Positions 1-9,453 of a stretch of 64,000 bases of DNA are shown here, in pieces; position 1 is the stretch's first letter, and the number at the start of each line of letters is the position of its first letter. The position numbers were made by a program, and so were the translations under genes. Source of the DNA: a virus; the IMG/VR virus record IMGVR_UViG_3300037478_000708, positions 32,001-96,000 of that record; one strand, written 5' to 3'. Under the pieces are notes generated by a model that saw only the letters and a list, made by a program, of their open reading frames with translations, did not search any database and was not told where the DNA came from.

Positions 1-90
1 CGCCACACGTCGATGAACGTCGGCGACGTCATCAAGGTCGGGGGCAAGGTGCTGTTCGTGGACCGCGTGGGCTTCAAGAAGCTGGACTAG
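1..90 (+). CDS. 3' end of a gene with a YodL-like C-terminal domain (partial)
   Basis: Frame 1 reads RHTSMNVGDVIKVGGKVLFVDRVGFKKLD*, resembling the YodL-like H-S-(M/L)-S-V-(G/S)-D-V...D-x-x-G-F pattern. Stop TAG 88-90 lies just before the ATG at 93. Confidence 0.55.
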   Translation, partial: RHTSMNVGDVIKVGGKVLFVDRVGFKKLD

Positions 91-92
91 AG

Positions 93-3000
93 ATGCCGAA
101 GAACATCCAAGGGCTGACGGGCGAGATCGTGACGTACATGATGCGGGGGCGCCGCACGCCGTCGGATCTCCGGACGCACTTTCGCCTGTCCGTCAAGACG
201 GCGCAGCACGTCTACGACCTCGAGCCCGACGCCTTCGGCCCCTCCGGTAGGGGCCGGCAGTGGTACCACACGCAGGTCGGGGCGCTCCTCAAAGCCCCGG
301 ACGCGTTCGAGGCGGAGATCCCTGCGACCCCGCACCGGTCCAGCCTGAACGAGGTCGCCGCCGGGGCGCTGCGCGCTTCCGTGAGCCCGCTGGCCGAGCA
401 CGAGCTGTCCGAAGGCATCGCGGACACGCATCAGGTCAAGATCGCCACGCGCACGCTGCAGCTCTCGGCGATGGGCGCGAAGATCATGGGTGGCATGGAC
501 CACGCGGGCGCGGTCAAGGTGCTCCGCGCGAACGGCTGGCCGGACACGAAGATCAAGGCCGCCCTCAAGAAGCACGGCCACGCGGACCCCGACGTCAAGA
601 AGTGGCTCGGCGAGTCCAGTGACACGCTGTCACTGGACGAGGCCCGTCCGGAGCCGATCAAGGTCCCCGAGACGGTCTACAAGGAGAAGCTCGCCAAGCT
701 GTCGTCGAAGGACAAGGAAGCGCTGCGCAACGTGACGATGGCGTCGCGTGGAGACCACCGGCTGTTCAAGCCGCTGGACGCGGACGGCGCCGCACTCATC
801 AAGCGGCTGTTCGGCGAGGTGACCGAGACGCACGTCGGACGCGGGCCGCAGAAGCGGGAGAGCGCCGCGGAGGGTGCCGGTGTAGGAAGTCCGTCGCGCA
901 CCGGCTCGCACGCGATCGTCGAGGGTGTGCTGCGTGTGAACGACCGCATTCGCGAGCGCGAACTGCTCGGGGAAGCCGGCGGCGCGGGTCAGGAGGCCCC
1001 GAAGGATCCGAAGTGGGGCACGCCCTACGGCTTGCCGATGCTCCACCCGAGCGGGACGGCGATTCGCATGCGCCGCAAGGGGCAGCGCGTTCGTTTCTTC
1101 GACCTGAATGGCAAGCAGGTCGGCCCCGAGCACGCCAACGTTGCGCCGGCCGTCGCGTGGGCGATGAGCAAGGGTTTCGTCACGGAGAGCGTCGACGAGG
1201 CCGGCAAGCCGCTCAAGGTGAAGTGCGGGCAGTGCGGCAACGTCTTCGCGACCAACAAGGACTACCCCAAGTGTCCGAAGTGCGGCAGCAAGGACGTCGA
1301 CCTGCCGGAGTCGGTCGACGAAGCCGCGAGCAAGACGGTGCTCGGCAAGTACAAGCAGAAGACCGTCACGCTGCGCGACTACGGCGATGGAGACGTGGAC
1401 ATCCTCGTCGGGTCGCTGGCCGTGCCTCTGGACACTGCGAAGAAGAAGGGGATCGCGCCTCCGAAGAATCCGCGTGACCTCGCTCAGGTGAGCGCGTTCT
1501 TGGACAAGGCGCTCCCGATCCTGTTCCCGGCGAAGGCGGGGTTCTCGATCGAGTCCGTGGACGAGGCGTCCGGGACCACCGTTCGCGCGGCGGTGCGGCT
1601 CGACTGGTTGAAGGGCGCGACTGCGGGCGTCACGCCGGACGAGAAGGTCGTGGTCTTCCGCTCGTCCGACTACGACAACAAGGGAACCGTCAGCGGTTCC
1701 TACGCCGTTCTCGGGCGCTCTTCGCAGCGCGACCTGTTCTCGTCGCTTCACCTCGAGTGGAACTCCGGCTTCACCCTCGACCGGGGGCAGCACGCGCAGA
1801 ACCGCAAGCGGGCGGAGCAGGCGTTCAAGAAGCTGCCGACCAGCGAAGCCAACGACGACAAGACCGACGACCTGCCCGCGAAGGCCGAAGCCGACCTCAA
1901 GGCCAAGGCGAAGGAGATGGGCGCGATCAAGGTCTCCGGCAAGGGCCCGAGCGTGAACGCGACGTTCGACGACAAGAAGAAGGCGCAGGCGTTCCTCGCG
2001 CACGCCGAGAAGGTCGGCAAGGCCGCGATGCGCCGCTCGGGCGACGAGGAGTACACGGTTCACATCGACGAGTCGGTCGAGCGGTACGCGGGCGCGAAGA
2101 TGGTGGGCGGTTCCGGGGCGGTACCGTTCAGCGCGCTCAAGGTGGGCGCTCAGTTCCGCTTCCCGAAGTCCGACGAGATCAACACGAAGACCTCGGAGGC
2201 GGGCAGCTACAAGACGGCGAACGGACGCAAGTTCAAGACGGGCAAGCACGCGGCGGTCATCCCCGCGAAGTCGGACGAGTCGCTCGACGAAGCCGCCGGA
2301 ACGATCGTGCGGACCTTCTCCTCGGGGTACGTGGCGCTCCGCCTGCCCAGCGGCATCACCGTGCTCGCGCGGGACACGGGGGATGGTGAGCCCATCGCGC
2401 ACGCGAACGTGGCGCAGGCCAAGAAGGGTCTCGCCCGGTTCCTGAGCGCGAACCCCTCGGTGAACGCTCGCGTGCGCGACGCGAAGCGGCCGTTCTACAT
2501 CCTCGTCGAGGACGTCAGCGAGAGCCTCGACGAAGCCGCTCCCAAGAAGAGCAAGGGCCACATCGCGTTCCTCGGCGACTTCGAGTACCTCATCGTCGGT
2601 ACCGACCTCGCACGCGCTCCGATCAGCAACGTCATGGACGTGCGCACGGGGAACCGCCTCGCGCGCTTCGAGGCGACCAAGGCGGCGGCCGACACCGCGA
2701 TGAAGATCGCGTTCCAGGCGTTCGGCAAGCCGGTCGACCCGAAGGCGATGCAGCGCATGCGCAAGCTCCTCGGAGAGAGCCTCGAGGAAGACATCGACGA
2801 GGATGTGCGTCCCGGGCAGATGTTCGTCGTCGTCGACGTGTCGGTGCGCGGCGGGAAGATGATCGGCGAGATCTACACCGGTGCGGCGAGGGCCGACGCG
2901 GCGGCGAGCAAGCTGAAGGCGCGTGGGCAAAACGTGCAGGTCATCGACGCGCTCTGGTACGAGCCCGCCCGTCAGAAGCTCATCAAGTCGGGGCTCGTCG

Positions 3001-6000
3001 GGGAGGACGCGGAGCCCCGCGTGCTCGCACTTGGGGACGGTCGCTATGCCGTCGATCTGGGCGAAGGCGAGGCGCTGGTCAAGATCGTGGACACGCTCGA
3101 GGAAGCGATCGACGAAGCCGGTCGTCTCGCGGTCAAGTGCATGGAGTGCGGAAAGAAGTTCAAGACCGCTTCCATGCTCCCCGACTGCCCGAAGTGCGGC
3201 GGTTCGGACATCGAGCCCGACTACGACGCGCCCTCCGCGAAGAAGAGCTACGCGGCCGGCAGGACGCGCAAGCGTTCCGTCGGACACGAGTCGATCATCG
3301 AAGGCGCCGTGCCGAAGGTGGGCGATCGCGTCGCGCTTTCTCGCGACCACCTCCGCGGCACCGGCAACCAGACGGGTACCCTGCCGCAGTTGCGGGGAAC
3401 CGTGACCGCGGTCAGCGGTGCGGGCATCGCGACCGTCGACTGGGGTCGCGGGGTGAAGTCCCCGCGCGTGAACGTGAAGAACCTCGTCGTGCTCGGCAAG
3501 GGCGACAGTCTCCCCGTGGAGTCCGCCGACGAGGGGCTCGCGCCGCTCGAGGTCACCGTCACGGACGTCTTCGACAACGGCGCGTGGTGTCACCCGCGCT
3601 ACACGGTCAACGTTCGCACGAACAACAACGAGGACTACACGTTCGGCATGTTCGAGCCCGGCACGGAGCCCGCGGCGCTCCAGACCGTCGAGGACTTCCC
3701 GAACTTCACGAACTTCATCAAGGGCGCCGCTCGCCCCGGCGAGTACATGGAGCGCGTCGAAGTCGCCGCTCTGCCCGACGTGCTGCGCACCCAGCTCCAG
3801 ACGCTTCTCGCGCGGGCCGACACCTACGACCGCACGATGGAGTTCGATGAGGCCGCCGACGAGTCGGCGATCCGCAGCTTCGACGTCATGGCGCAGATGC
3901 GCTGGGAAGAGACGCTCAAGCCCGGCGCGAAGGTGATGGTCTACTGGACCGCGGGCAGCTTCGGGCACTACCAGGGGAAGGCCACGGTCAAGTCGCTGAA
4001 CAAGTCGAGCGTGACTGTTACGCTCGACCACGATGTTCCCGATCGGAGCCGTCTCGGTGGCGCCGGTTACGCGAAGGGCAAGAAGATCAACGTGCCGCGC
4101 GTCATGGCGAACTACGGCCGCAACACGTGGTCGATGGGCTTCAACGCGGTGCACCCGCTCGGCGGGCCGCAGGCGTTCATGGAGGGCGCGGTCGACGAGT
4201 TCACGAGCGCGGCCGTGCCTTCCGTCGGCAACCTGCATCCCTGGGCGCATCCCTACGGCAGCGAGGTCGAGTTGATGGACGAGCCCGACGAACTGGACGA
4301 CGAACAGCTCGACGCGCGCGGCAACATCGAGCCGATCGACGAGGCGATTCAGCCGACGGTTGCGGGCTTCCGGATGTTCGTGGTCGGTGCGCTGACGCAG
4401 TGGGACAAGCAGCAGGAGGTGCGCGCGTCGAAGAAGCCCGGCGGCAGTCACAGCCCCTACGCGCTGTCGCTCTACCTCGAGGCGCTCCACCGCGGGGAGA
4501 AGAGCAGCACCATGCGCGGGGTGAAGCCCGACTCGATGGATCCCGAAGATCTGCGCAAGTTCGCCAAGATGCTCGGCGAGCAGTTCTTCTCCGACATGCC
4601 CCCGATCCGGAAGACGCTCAAGGCGATCGACGCGTACCTCGCGTCGGGCAAGGCGCCGAAGTACCCCGGCTCGAGCAGCCGCTCACTTCGGAGCGAATCC
4701 CGCGATGAGACTGCACGTCTCGCCAAGGGGCTCGTCTACACCGCGGTCGCCGCGGCGGAGGACGGCCGGCTGACGGAAGCCGTCGCCAAGCTCCGGGCCG
4801 CGGGCGAGACGCTCGACGAAGACGCCCTCGAGGGCCTGCTTCCCGAAGACGTCGTGGAAGCGCTCAACGAGTGGGCAGACGAGAACGACGTCGACGACGC
4901 GATCGTCGAAGGCTACGCGGTCGCGCTTCGGCTCGGCCTGGACGACCACGTGTACGGCCTCGACGAAGCCACCTCGGCGGCGAAGCTGCTCGACACGGCC
5001 GACAGCAAGCTCATCTCCGAGCTGCGCAAGGGACTCGTCAAGGTCGGCGCCGCCGCCAAGGAAGCGAAGCGCGGTCAGGCCGAGATGGAGAAGCGTCTCG
5101 GTGTGGGCAAGAGCACGGCCAAGGATCAGCTCAAGATCGTGGTCAAGGAACTGGAGGCGTACCGCACCCTGCTCGATCAGATCATCAAGCAGGCACAGGT
5201 GGCCGAGAGCGTCGACGAAGACCTCGCCGAAGCCGGGTCGCTGCACGACGCGCTCCTGAACCACTTCGTCCGCAACCGCGGGCGCTCCTACACGGCGAGC
5301 GAGATCGCGCGGCTCTTCTCCGCGTCCACCGCGGAGTCGATGAAGACGCTCTCCTCGCTCGTCAACGAGGGCACGCTCATGTTCCGGCGCGGCGAGGGCT
5401 ACTCCCTGCGCGGCAATTCGAGCGCGCTGCGCATCCCCGCCAGCCTGCACGGTTCTCGCGTGGGCAACTTCGTGAACCAACGCACGGAGGAGGCGGAGTT
5501 GGACGAGGTGCGCAACTCCGGTCGCCCGACGAACTGGCGGGGCAGCGGCGAGGCGGGTCGAGACGCTCTCCAGGCCCGCGGTTCGGCGAAGACCAAGGCC
5601 CGCTTTCAGGTCACGCAGCTCGTGGCCAAGAGCGGCACGACGCCCGCGGTGCTCGCCGACGTGTCGAAGCTCTCCACGTCGATGCCGGCGCTCAAGTACC
5701 GGGGCAAACCGGGCGAGAGCTACGACATCGTGTACAAGGGCCGGGTCATCGGCACGCTGCGCTCGTCAGGGAGCGGCTCGCTGCCCTGGACGGTCAAGCG
5801 CAAGGACGGCACCAAGCTCTCCGACGTCGGCTTCGGCTCCGTGCACCACGCCGTCACGCGCGCCCTGGCCGACGCTCTCGGCGACGCCTGGGGCAACGCG
5901 GAAGAGTCCGCGGATGGCCTTGGTGAAGGACTGGGGCGCAAGGTCTTCTACACCCGGGATGGCGTCGGTTCGTCGAAGTACACCGTCAACTACCACGATG

Positions 6001-7811
6001 GGAAGACCACGCATTCGGACGGCAGCCCGTTCTACGGGATCTTCGTTTTCCCGAACAAGGCGAAGCGCGACCAGAAGATCCGTGAGCTTTTGAAGCAGGG
6101 CTACGAAGAGGTCAGCTCTGCGGTTCACGAGACCACGACCTCCGGCACGGTCGGCGGCTACCGCCGCGGCAAGCTCGAGCAGCCCGAGAACAAGGGCCGC
6201 ACGGGCGGCATCCGCGACGACGGCCCCGGCAAGAAGGGACCGCGTTCGGTGTGGTCGCCCGACGCCATCGCCAAGGTGCTCGAGCAGATGCGCGAGGCTC
6301 TGCCCGGCCACTCCGACGAAGAGCTGCTCGAGCTGCTCGACGAGGCCCCCGAGGAAGGCGCCCGGAAGGACGTCACCGTCTTCGGGGACGGCAAGGGCAA
6401 GTGGTTCGTGGCGGATCCCTTCGGCAAGCAGGAGCGCTACGCCACGAAGACAGAGGCCGTCCAGGCTGGTCGGGATCTCGCGCAGCACGAGAACTGGGGC
6501 TTCGTGGTCAGCGACCCCGACGTCACCCTCGCGAGCGAGTCGATCGACGAGGCTCCCGAAGACCTCCGCGAGATCGATCCCGTCGACACCATCCAGCGGG
6601 GAGACAAGGTGACGATCCTGATCCCGGCCGGGCTCGGCAGGCAGGGGCAGGAGTGGAAGCCCAAGGCGGGCAAGGCCGTCATGCGCGGTCCGCACGGGTG
6701 GGTCCTCAACATGGGCGGTGCCCACGGAACGCCCGGCGTCGCCTCCTCGCGCAACATCGTGAAGGTGCAGCGCGGCGGGAAGACGCTCTACCACAACCCC
6801 CGTCCGGATGTGCTCGGCGAGTCCGTGGACGAGGCGGGTGCGGACAACCGGCGTCCGGTGAAGCTCGGGCCGATCGAGAAAGAGCTGCTCATGCAGCTCC
6901 GCGAAGAGCGCGGCAAGCACGGCATCGAAGAGCTGATCGCCGCGAGCCCGATGCTCAAGAAGCTCCCGTATCAGGACGTGCTCGTCGCCGCGCAGAATCT
7001 CGCGACGCTCGGTCTCATCGGCGGCAACGGCCGCGGGATCGTCCTGCCCTTCGGCGAGTCCGAAGACGCGGGTCTCGACGAGGCGTCCGTGCCGGTCAAG
7101 GGTCACGACACGGTGACGGAGGTCGGCTTCGCCCGCGGCACGTACTACTACGTCTCCAAGAGCGGTCTCAAGAACTCGGTCGCGGTCAAGCGCAAGGACC
7201 GTGCATCCGCCCGCGAGCGGTTCCGGCAGATGCTCCGCAACGAGGCGAACGTCAAGGACGCCGACGCGCTCATCAAGCAGATCGACGCCAAGCTCGGCGA
7301 GTCCCGCCAGTGGGCGCGCTACGAGGTGCAGCTCGACGAAGAGTTCTTCGATCGCTACGACGCGCTTGGCATCGAGCGGCCCGATCCGAAGACGATGTGC
7401 CACGGTCAGTGCGAAGGCACCGGCTGGGTGCCGATCGGGCCTCCCGAAGGCCGCGTGCCGGAAGGCCGTCTGTTCTGCCCCGCCGACAACGAGGAGCCGT
7501 GGCGTACGCTCTGGCTCGAGGCGGAAGAGAAGGATCCGACCGACGATGGGTACCACATCGTCAAGTGCCCCGACTGCGAGGGCACGGGCAAAGATCAGGG
7601 CGACGCCTCTCACGGCGAGCGCCGCCGAGCGCAGAAGACGGAACGCACCACGATCGAGTTCCCCGAGTCCGCCCTGGAGACGTACGTACTCGCCGCGCAG
7701 GCCGCGGGGCTCGCGGAGGACGATCCGTGCTTCGTCTTCGAGGACGGCCGCTTCACCGCGGAGCTGCCCGCCGACGTGGCCCCGCGCATCATGGAACTCG
7801 TCGCTCAGTGA
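93..7811 (+). CDS. Giant modular protein (2572 aa); putative capsid-packaged polyprotein with repeated ES[VLI]DEA linkers
   Basis: Long ORF with strong GC3 bias. ES[VLI]DEA at nt 1185, 1308, 1551, 2277, 2520, 6537, 6819 plus many variants separate 35-140 aa modules (Zn ribbons, wHTH-like, SH3/KOW-like, DUF2188-like). CDS is secure; function is inferred. Confidence 0.8.
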   Translation: MPKNIQGLTGEIVTYMMRGRRTPSDLRTHFRLSVKTAQHVYDLEPDAFGPSGRGRQWYHTQVGALLKAPDAFEAEIPATPHRSSLNEVAAGALRASVSPLAEHELSEGIADTHQVKIATRTLQLSAMGAKIMGGMDHAGAVKVLRANGWPDTKIKAALKKHGHADPDVKKWLGESSDTLSLDEARPEPIKVPETVYKEKLAKLSSKDKEALRNVTMASRGDHRLFKPLDADGAALIKRLFGEVTETHVGRGPQKRESAAEGAGVGSPSRTGSHAIVEGVLRVNDRIRERELLGEAGGAGQEAPKDPKWGTPYGLPMLHPSGTAIRMRRKGQRVRFFDLNGKQVGPEHANVAPAVAWAMSKGFVTESVDEAGKPLKVKCGQCGNVFATNKDYPKCPKCGSKDVDLPESVDEAASKTVLGKYKQKTVTLRDYGDGDVDILVGSLAVPLDTAKKKGIAPPKNPRDLAQVSAFLDKALPILFPAKAGFSIESVDEASGTTVRAAVRLDWLKGATAGVTPDEKVVVFRSSDYDNKGTVSGSYAVLGRSSQRDLFSSLHLEWNSGFTLDRGQHAQNRKRAEQAFKKLPTSEANDDKTDDLPAKAEADLKAKAKEMGAIKVSGKGPSVNATFDDKKKAQAFLAHAEKVGKAAMRRSGDEEYTVHIDESVERYAGAKMVGGSGAVPFSALKVGAQFRFPKSDEINTKTSEAGSYKTANGRKFKTGKHAAVIPAKSDESLDEAAGTIVRTFSSGYVALRLPSGITVLARDTGDGEPIAHANVAQAKKGLARFLSANPSVNARVRDAKRPFYILVEDVSESLDEAAPKKSKGHIAFLGDFEYLIVGTDLARAPISNVMDVRTGNRLARFEATKAAADTAMKIAFQAFGKPVDPKAMQRMRKLLGESLEEDIDEDVRPGQMFVVVDVSVRGGKMIGEIYTGAARADAAASKLKARGQNVQVIDALWYEPARQKLIKSGLVGEDAEPRVLALGDGRYAVDLGEGEALVKIVDTLEEAIDEAGRLAVKCMECGKKFKTASMLPDCPKCGGSDIEPDYDAPSAKKSYAAGRTRKRSVGHESIIEGAVPKVGDRVALSRDHLRGTGNQTGTLPQLRGTVTAVSGAGIATVDWGRGVKSPRVNVKNLVVLGKGDSLPVESADEGLAPLEVTVTDVFDNGAWCHPRYTVNVRTNNNEDYTFGMFEPGTEPAALQTVEDFPNFTNFIKGAARPGEYMERVEVAALPDVLRTQLQTLLARADTYDRTMEFDEAADESAIRSFDVMAQMRWEETLKPGAKVMVYWTAGSFGHYQGKATVKSLNKSSVTVTLDHDVPDRSRLGGAGYAKGKKINVPRVMANYGRNTWSMGFNAVHPLGGPQAFMEGAVDEFTSAAVPSVGNLHPWAHPYGSEVELMDEPDELDDEQLDARGNIEPIDEAIQPTVAGFRMFVVGALTQWDKQQEVRASKKPGGSHSPYALSLYLEALHRGEKSSTMRGVKPDSMDPEDLRKFAKMLGEQFFSDMPPIRKTLKAIDAYLASGKAPKYPGSSSRSLRSESRDETARLAKGLVYTAVAAAEDGRLTEAVAKLRAAGETLDEDALEGLLPEDVVEALNEWADENDVDDAIVEGYAVALRLGLDDHVYGLDEATSAAKLLDTADSKLISELRKGLVKVGAAAKEAKRGQAEMEKRLGVGKSTAKDQLKIVVKELEAYRTLLDQIIKQAQVAESVDEDLAEAGSLHDALLNHFVRNRGRSYTASEIARLFSASTAESMKTLSSLVNEGTLMFRRGEGYSLRGNSSALRIPASLHGSRVGNFVNQRTEEAELDEVRNSGRPTNWRGSGEAGRDALQARGSAKTKARFQVTQLVAKSGTTPAVLADVSKLSTSMPALKYRGKPGESYDIVYKGRVIGTLRSSGSGSLPWTVKRKDGTKLSDVGFGSVHHAVTRALADALGDAWGNAEESADGLGEGLGRKVFYTRDGVGSSKYTVNYHDGKTTHSDGSPFYGIFVFPNKAKRDQKIRELLKQGYEEVSSAVHETTTSGTVGGYRRGKLEQPENKGRTGGIRDDGPGKKGPRSVWSPDAIAKVLEQMREALPGHSDEELLELLDEAPEEGARKDVTVFGDGKGKWFVADPFGKQERYATKTEAVQAGRDLAQHENWGFVVSDPDVTLASESIDEAPEDLREIDPVDTIQRGDKVTILIPAGLGRQGQEWKPKAGKAVMRGPHGWVLNMGGAHGTPGVASSRNIVKVQRGGKTLYHNPRPDVLGESVDEAGADNRRPVKLGPIEKELLMQLREERGKHGIEELIAASPMLKKLPYQDVLVAAQNLATLGLIGGNGRGIVLPFGESEDAGLDEASVPVKGHDTVTEVGFARGTYYYVSKSGLKNSVAVKRKDRASARERFRQMLRNEANVKDADALIKQIDAKLGESRQWARYEVQLDEEFFDRYDALGIERPDPKTMCHGQCEGTGWVPIGPPEGRVPEGRLFCPADNEEPWRTLWLEAEEKDPTDDGYHIVKCPDCEGTGKDQGDASHGERRRAQKTERTTIEFPESALETYVLAAQAAGLAEDDPCFVFEDGRFTAELPADVAPRIMELVAQ
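614..638. repeat. Dispersed palindrome copy 1
   Basis: GTCCAGTGACA-CGC-TGTCACTGGAC, 11-bp perfect arms, inside the giant ORF. Confidence 0.9.
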
Positions 7812-7825
7812 CACGCTGTCACCGG
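7806..7825. repeat. Dispersed palindrome copy 2
   Basis: CAGTGACA-CGC-TGTCACCGG; contains the TGA stop (7809-7811) of the giant ORF. Confidence 0.85.
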
Positions 7826-7837
7826 TTGACCCGGGTG

Positions 7838-7867
7838 TAGACAGGTGCCCACGCAGGTCTTTACTAT
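7838..7867 (+). promoter_or_regulatory. Putative promoter (TAGAC class)
   Basis: TAGACA-N18-TACTAT, upstream of AGGAG and ATG 7911. Confidence 0.6.
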
Positions 7868-7910
7868 CTCCCTCGACACACGGTCCGCAGATACGCCCTA
7901 GGAGCCACGT

Positions 7911-9356
7911 ATGCCGATTCAGTTCAAGCCCAAGTCCTCCAAGCAGGAGGAGGAGCGGACCTCCGCCGAGCGGAGCCTCCTGCTCTTCACGGAGTCCGGC
8001 GAGCTGACCCTGGCGGGCCAGACGATCGCCGACTTCCTCGAGACGGTCGACTTCGAGGACGTCACCACGTCGCCGGAGGCGGAGGCGTTCCTCTTCAACC
8101 CCGACGTCACCGCAGACGATCCCTACGCCGACCTCGCGGAGGAGGGCGACGAAGAGGACGGTGACGAGGAGAAGGTCGCCGCGGACGCCGACGACGAGGA
8201 GGAAGACGACGAGGAGGAGGAAGACGACGACGAGGACGCCGACGAGAGCGCGCCGCAGGTGGTCCTGCCCGGCGAGGTCGCCGCTCGCCTGGCCGACATG
8301 GACGACCTGTCGGAGATGTTCGGCTTCTACCTCGACAAGCTCGGCGAGAAGGACGAACTCACGCTGAGCGAGAAGGCGACGCTCGCGGTCTTCGCGGACT
8401 ACCGCGACGACGAGGGCGGGCTCACCGACGAGGGCAAGCTCGCGGTCGCCAAGCACCTCGCCGCGGTGCTCTCCGAGGGCATGCTCGTCGAAGACGCCGA
8501 GTTCATCGACGAGAAGTTCCTCTCCAAGGGCCAGCGGATGAAGCGCGCGCGCATCGCGCGGAAGCCGAAGGCCGGCAAGAAGCGGATGGAGCTGAAGAAG
8601 CGCCGCAAGAAGCGCAAGCGCATGAAGGCCAAGGTGCTCCGCCAGGAGCGCAAGTTCCGCCGCAAGCGCAAGACGCGCCTCAAGATGCTCTCCCGCGAAC
8701 GCTCGTCCCACGAGGGCAGCGGCGAGAACGGCAAGGCCGAGGGTGTGATGATCTTCGGTCACGCGACCGGCATCGACGGCGCGGACTTCCGCGCGAGCCT
8801 GGCCGAGACGCCCGACCTCGAGTTCACCCGGGACGATCTCATCGCGCTCGACGCGCAGATGGGCAACGTCGTCGAGTGCCCCGAGTGCGAGGCTTCGAGC
8901 CCCTTCACGGCGCTGCTCGCCGTCGACGAGAAGAAGAAGAAGATGCCGCCGGCCTTCCTGAAGAACATCAAGGGCAAGAAGGGCAAGAAGGACGCCGACG
9001 GCGACAACGACGGCTCCGAGAAGGGCGAGAAGGACGAGGCCGCCGACGAAGCCGTCTCGCTGACGTGCCCGAAGTGCGAGCACGAGTTCCCCGTCGACGA
9101 GGCACGCGAGAAGCTCAAGGGGGCGAAGTACAACCACCCCGCGGCCAAGAGCGCGCGTGCGTCGGAGGCTCTGGCCAAGGAGACCTCCAAGGAGAAGGCC
9201 GCCGCGAAGAAGACCGGCAGCAACGAGTCCGCCGGTGGGCCGTTCTCGATCGTCTCCGGGCGCCCCGACCTCAGCGAGGGCCACAGCCTCGCGGCGCGGT
9301 CGCTCGGCGCGATGGGTCGGCTCAAGCCGAAGCCTCTCACGGAGGCCGCCGACTAG
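7911..9356 (+). CDS. Putative prohead core / scaffold-type protein
   Basis: Very acidic N-half with a D/E run, a dense K/R block (MKRARIARKPK...KKRRKKRKRMK) reminiscent of T4-like gp68 core proteins, two CxxC pairs and many [VLI]-x-E sites. Confidence 0.5.
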   Translation: MPIQFKPKSSKQEEERTSAERSLLLFTESGELTLAGQTIADFLETVDFEDVTTSPEAEAFLFNPDVTADDPYADLAEEGDEEDGDEEKVAADADDEEEDDEEEEDDDEDADESAPQVVLPGEVAARLADMDDLSEMFGFYLDKLGEKDELTLSEKATLAVFADYRDDEGGLTDEGKLAVAKHLAAVLSEGMLVEDAEFIDEKFLSKGQRMKRARIARKPKAGKKRMELKKRRKKRKRMKAKVLRQERKFRRKRKTRLKMLSRERSSHEGSGENGKAEGVMIFGHATGIDGADFRASLAETPDLEFTRDDLIALDAQMGNVVECPECEASSPFTALLAVDEKKKKMPPAFLKNIKGKKGKKDADGDNDGSEKGEKDEAADEAVSLTCPKCEHEFPVDEAREKLKGAKYNHPAAKSARASEALAKETSKEKAAAKKTGSNESAGGPFSIVSGRPDLSEGHSLAARSLGAMGRLKPKPLTEAAD

Positions 9357-9413
9357 AGCCTCACGGAAGCAAGCTGGGCTAGTTCTCTCCGAACAGTCTT
9401 GCGCGCCATGCTT

Positions 9414-9453
9414 GGGCCTCCCCGTCTCGCCAACGGGGAGGCCCCCTTCTTTT
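9414..9453 (+). terminator. Intrinsic terminator between convergent genes
   Basis: GGGCCTCCCCGT-loop-ACGGGGAGGCCC followed by CCTTCTTTT. Confidence 0.75.

Noticed and set aside
93-7811. DNA-level repeats or recombination cassettes at the linkers
   Set aside because: Linker codons vary synonymously (GAGAGCGTC, GAGTCGGTC, GAGTCCGTG), so conservation is at protein level; microhomology-driven shuffling is not excluded.
630-9284. Very long minus-strand ORFs (630..4490, 5766..9284 and similar elsewhere)
   Set aside because: Antisense shadows of GC3-biased genes; R/L/V/A-rich translations with no motifs.
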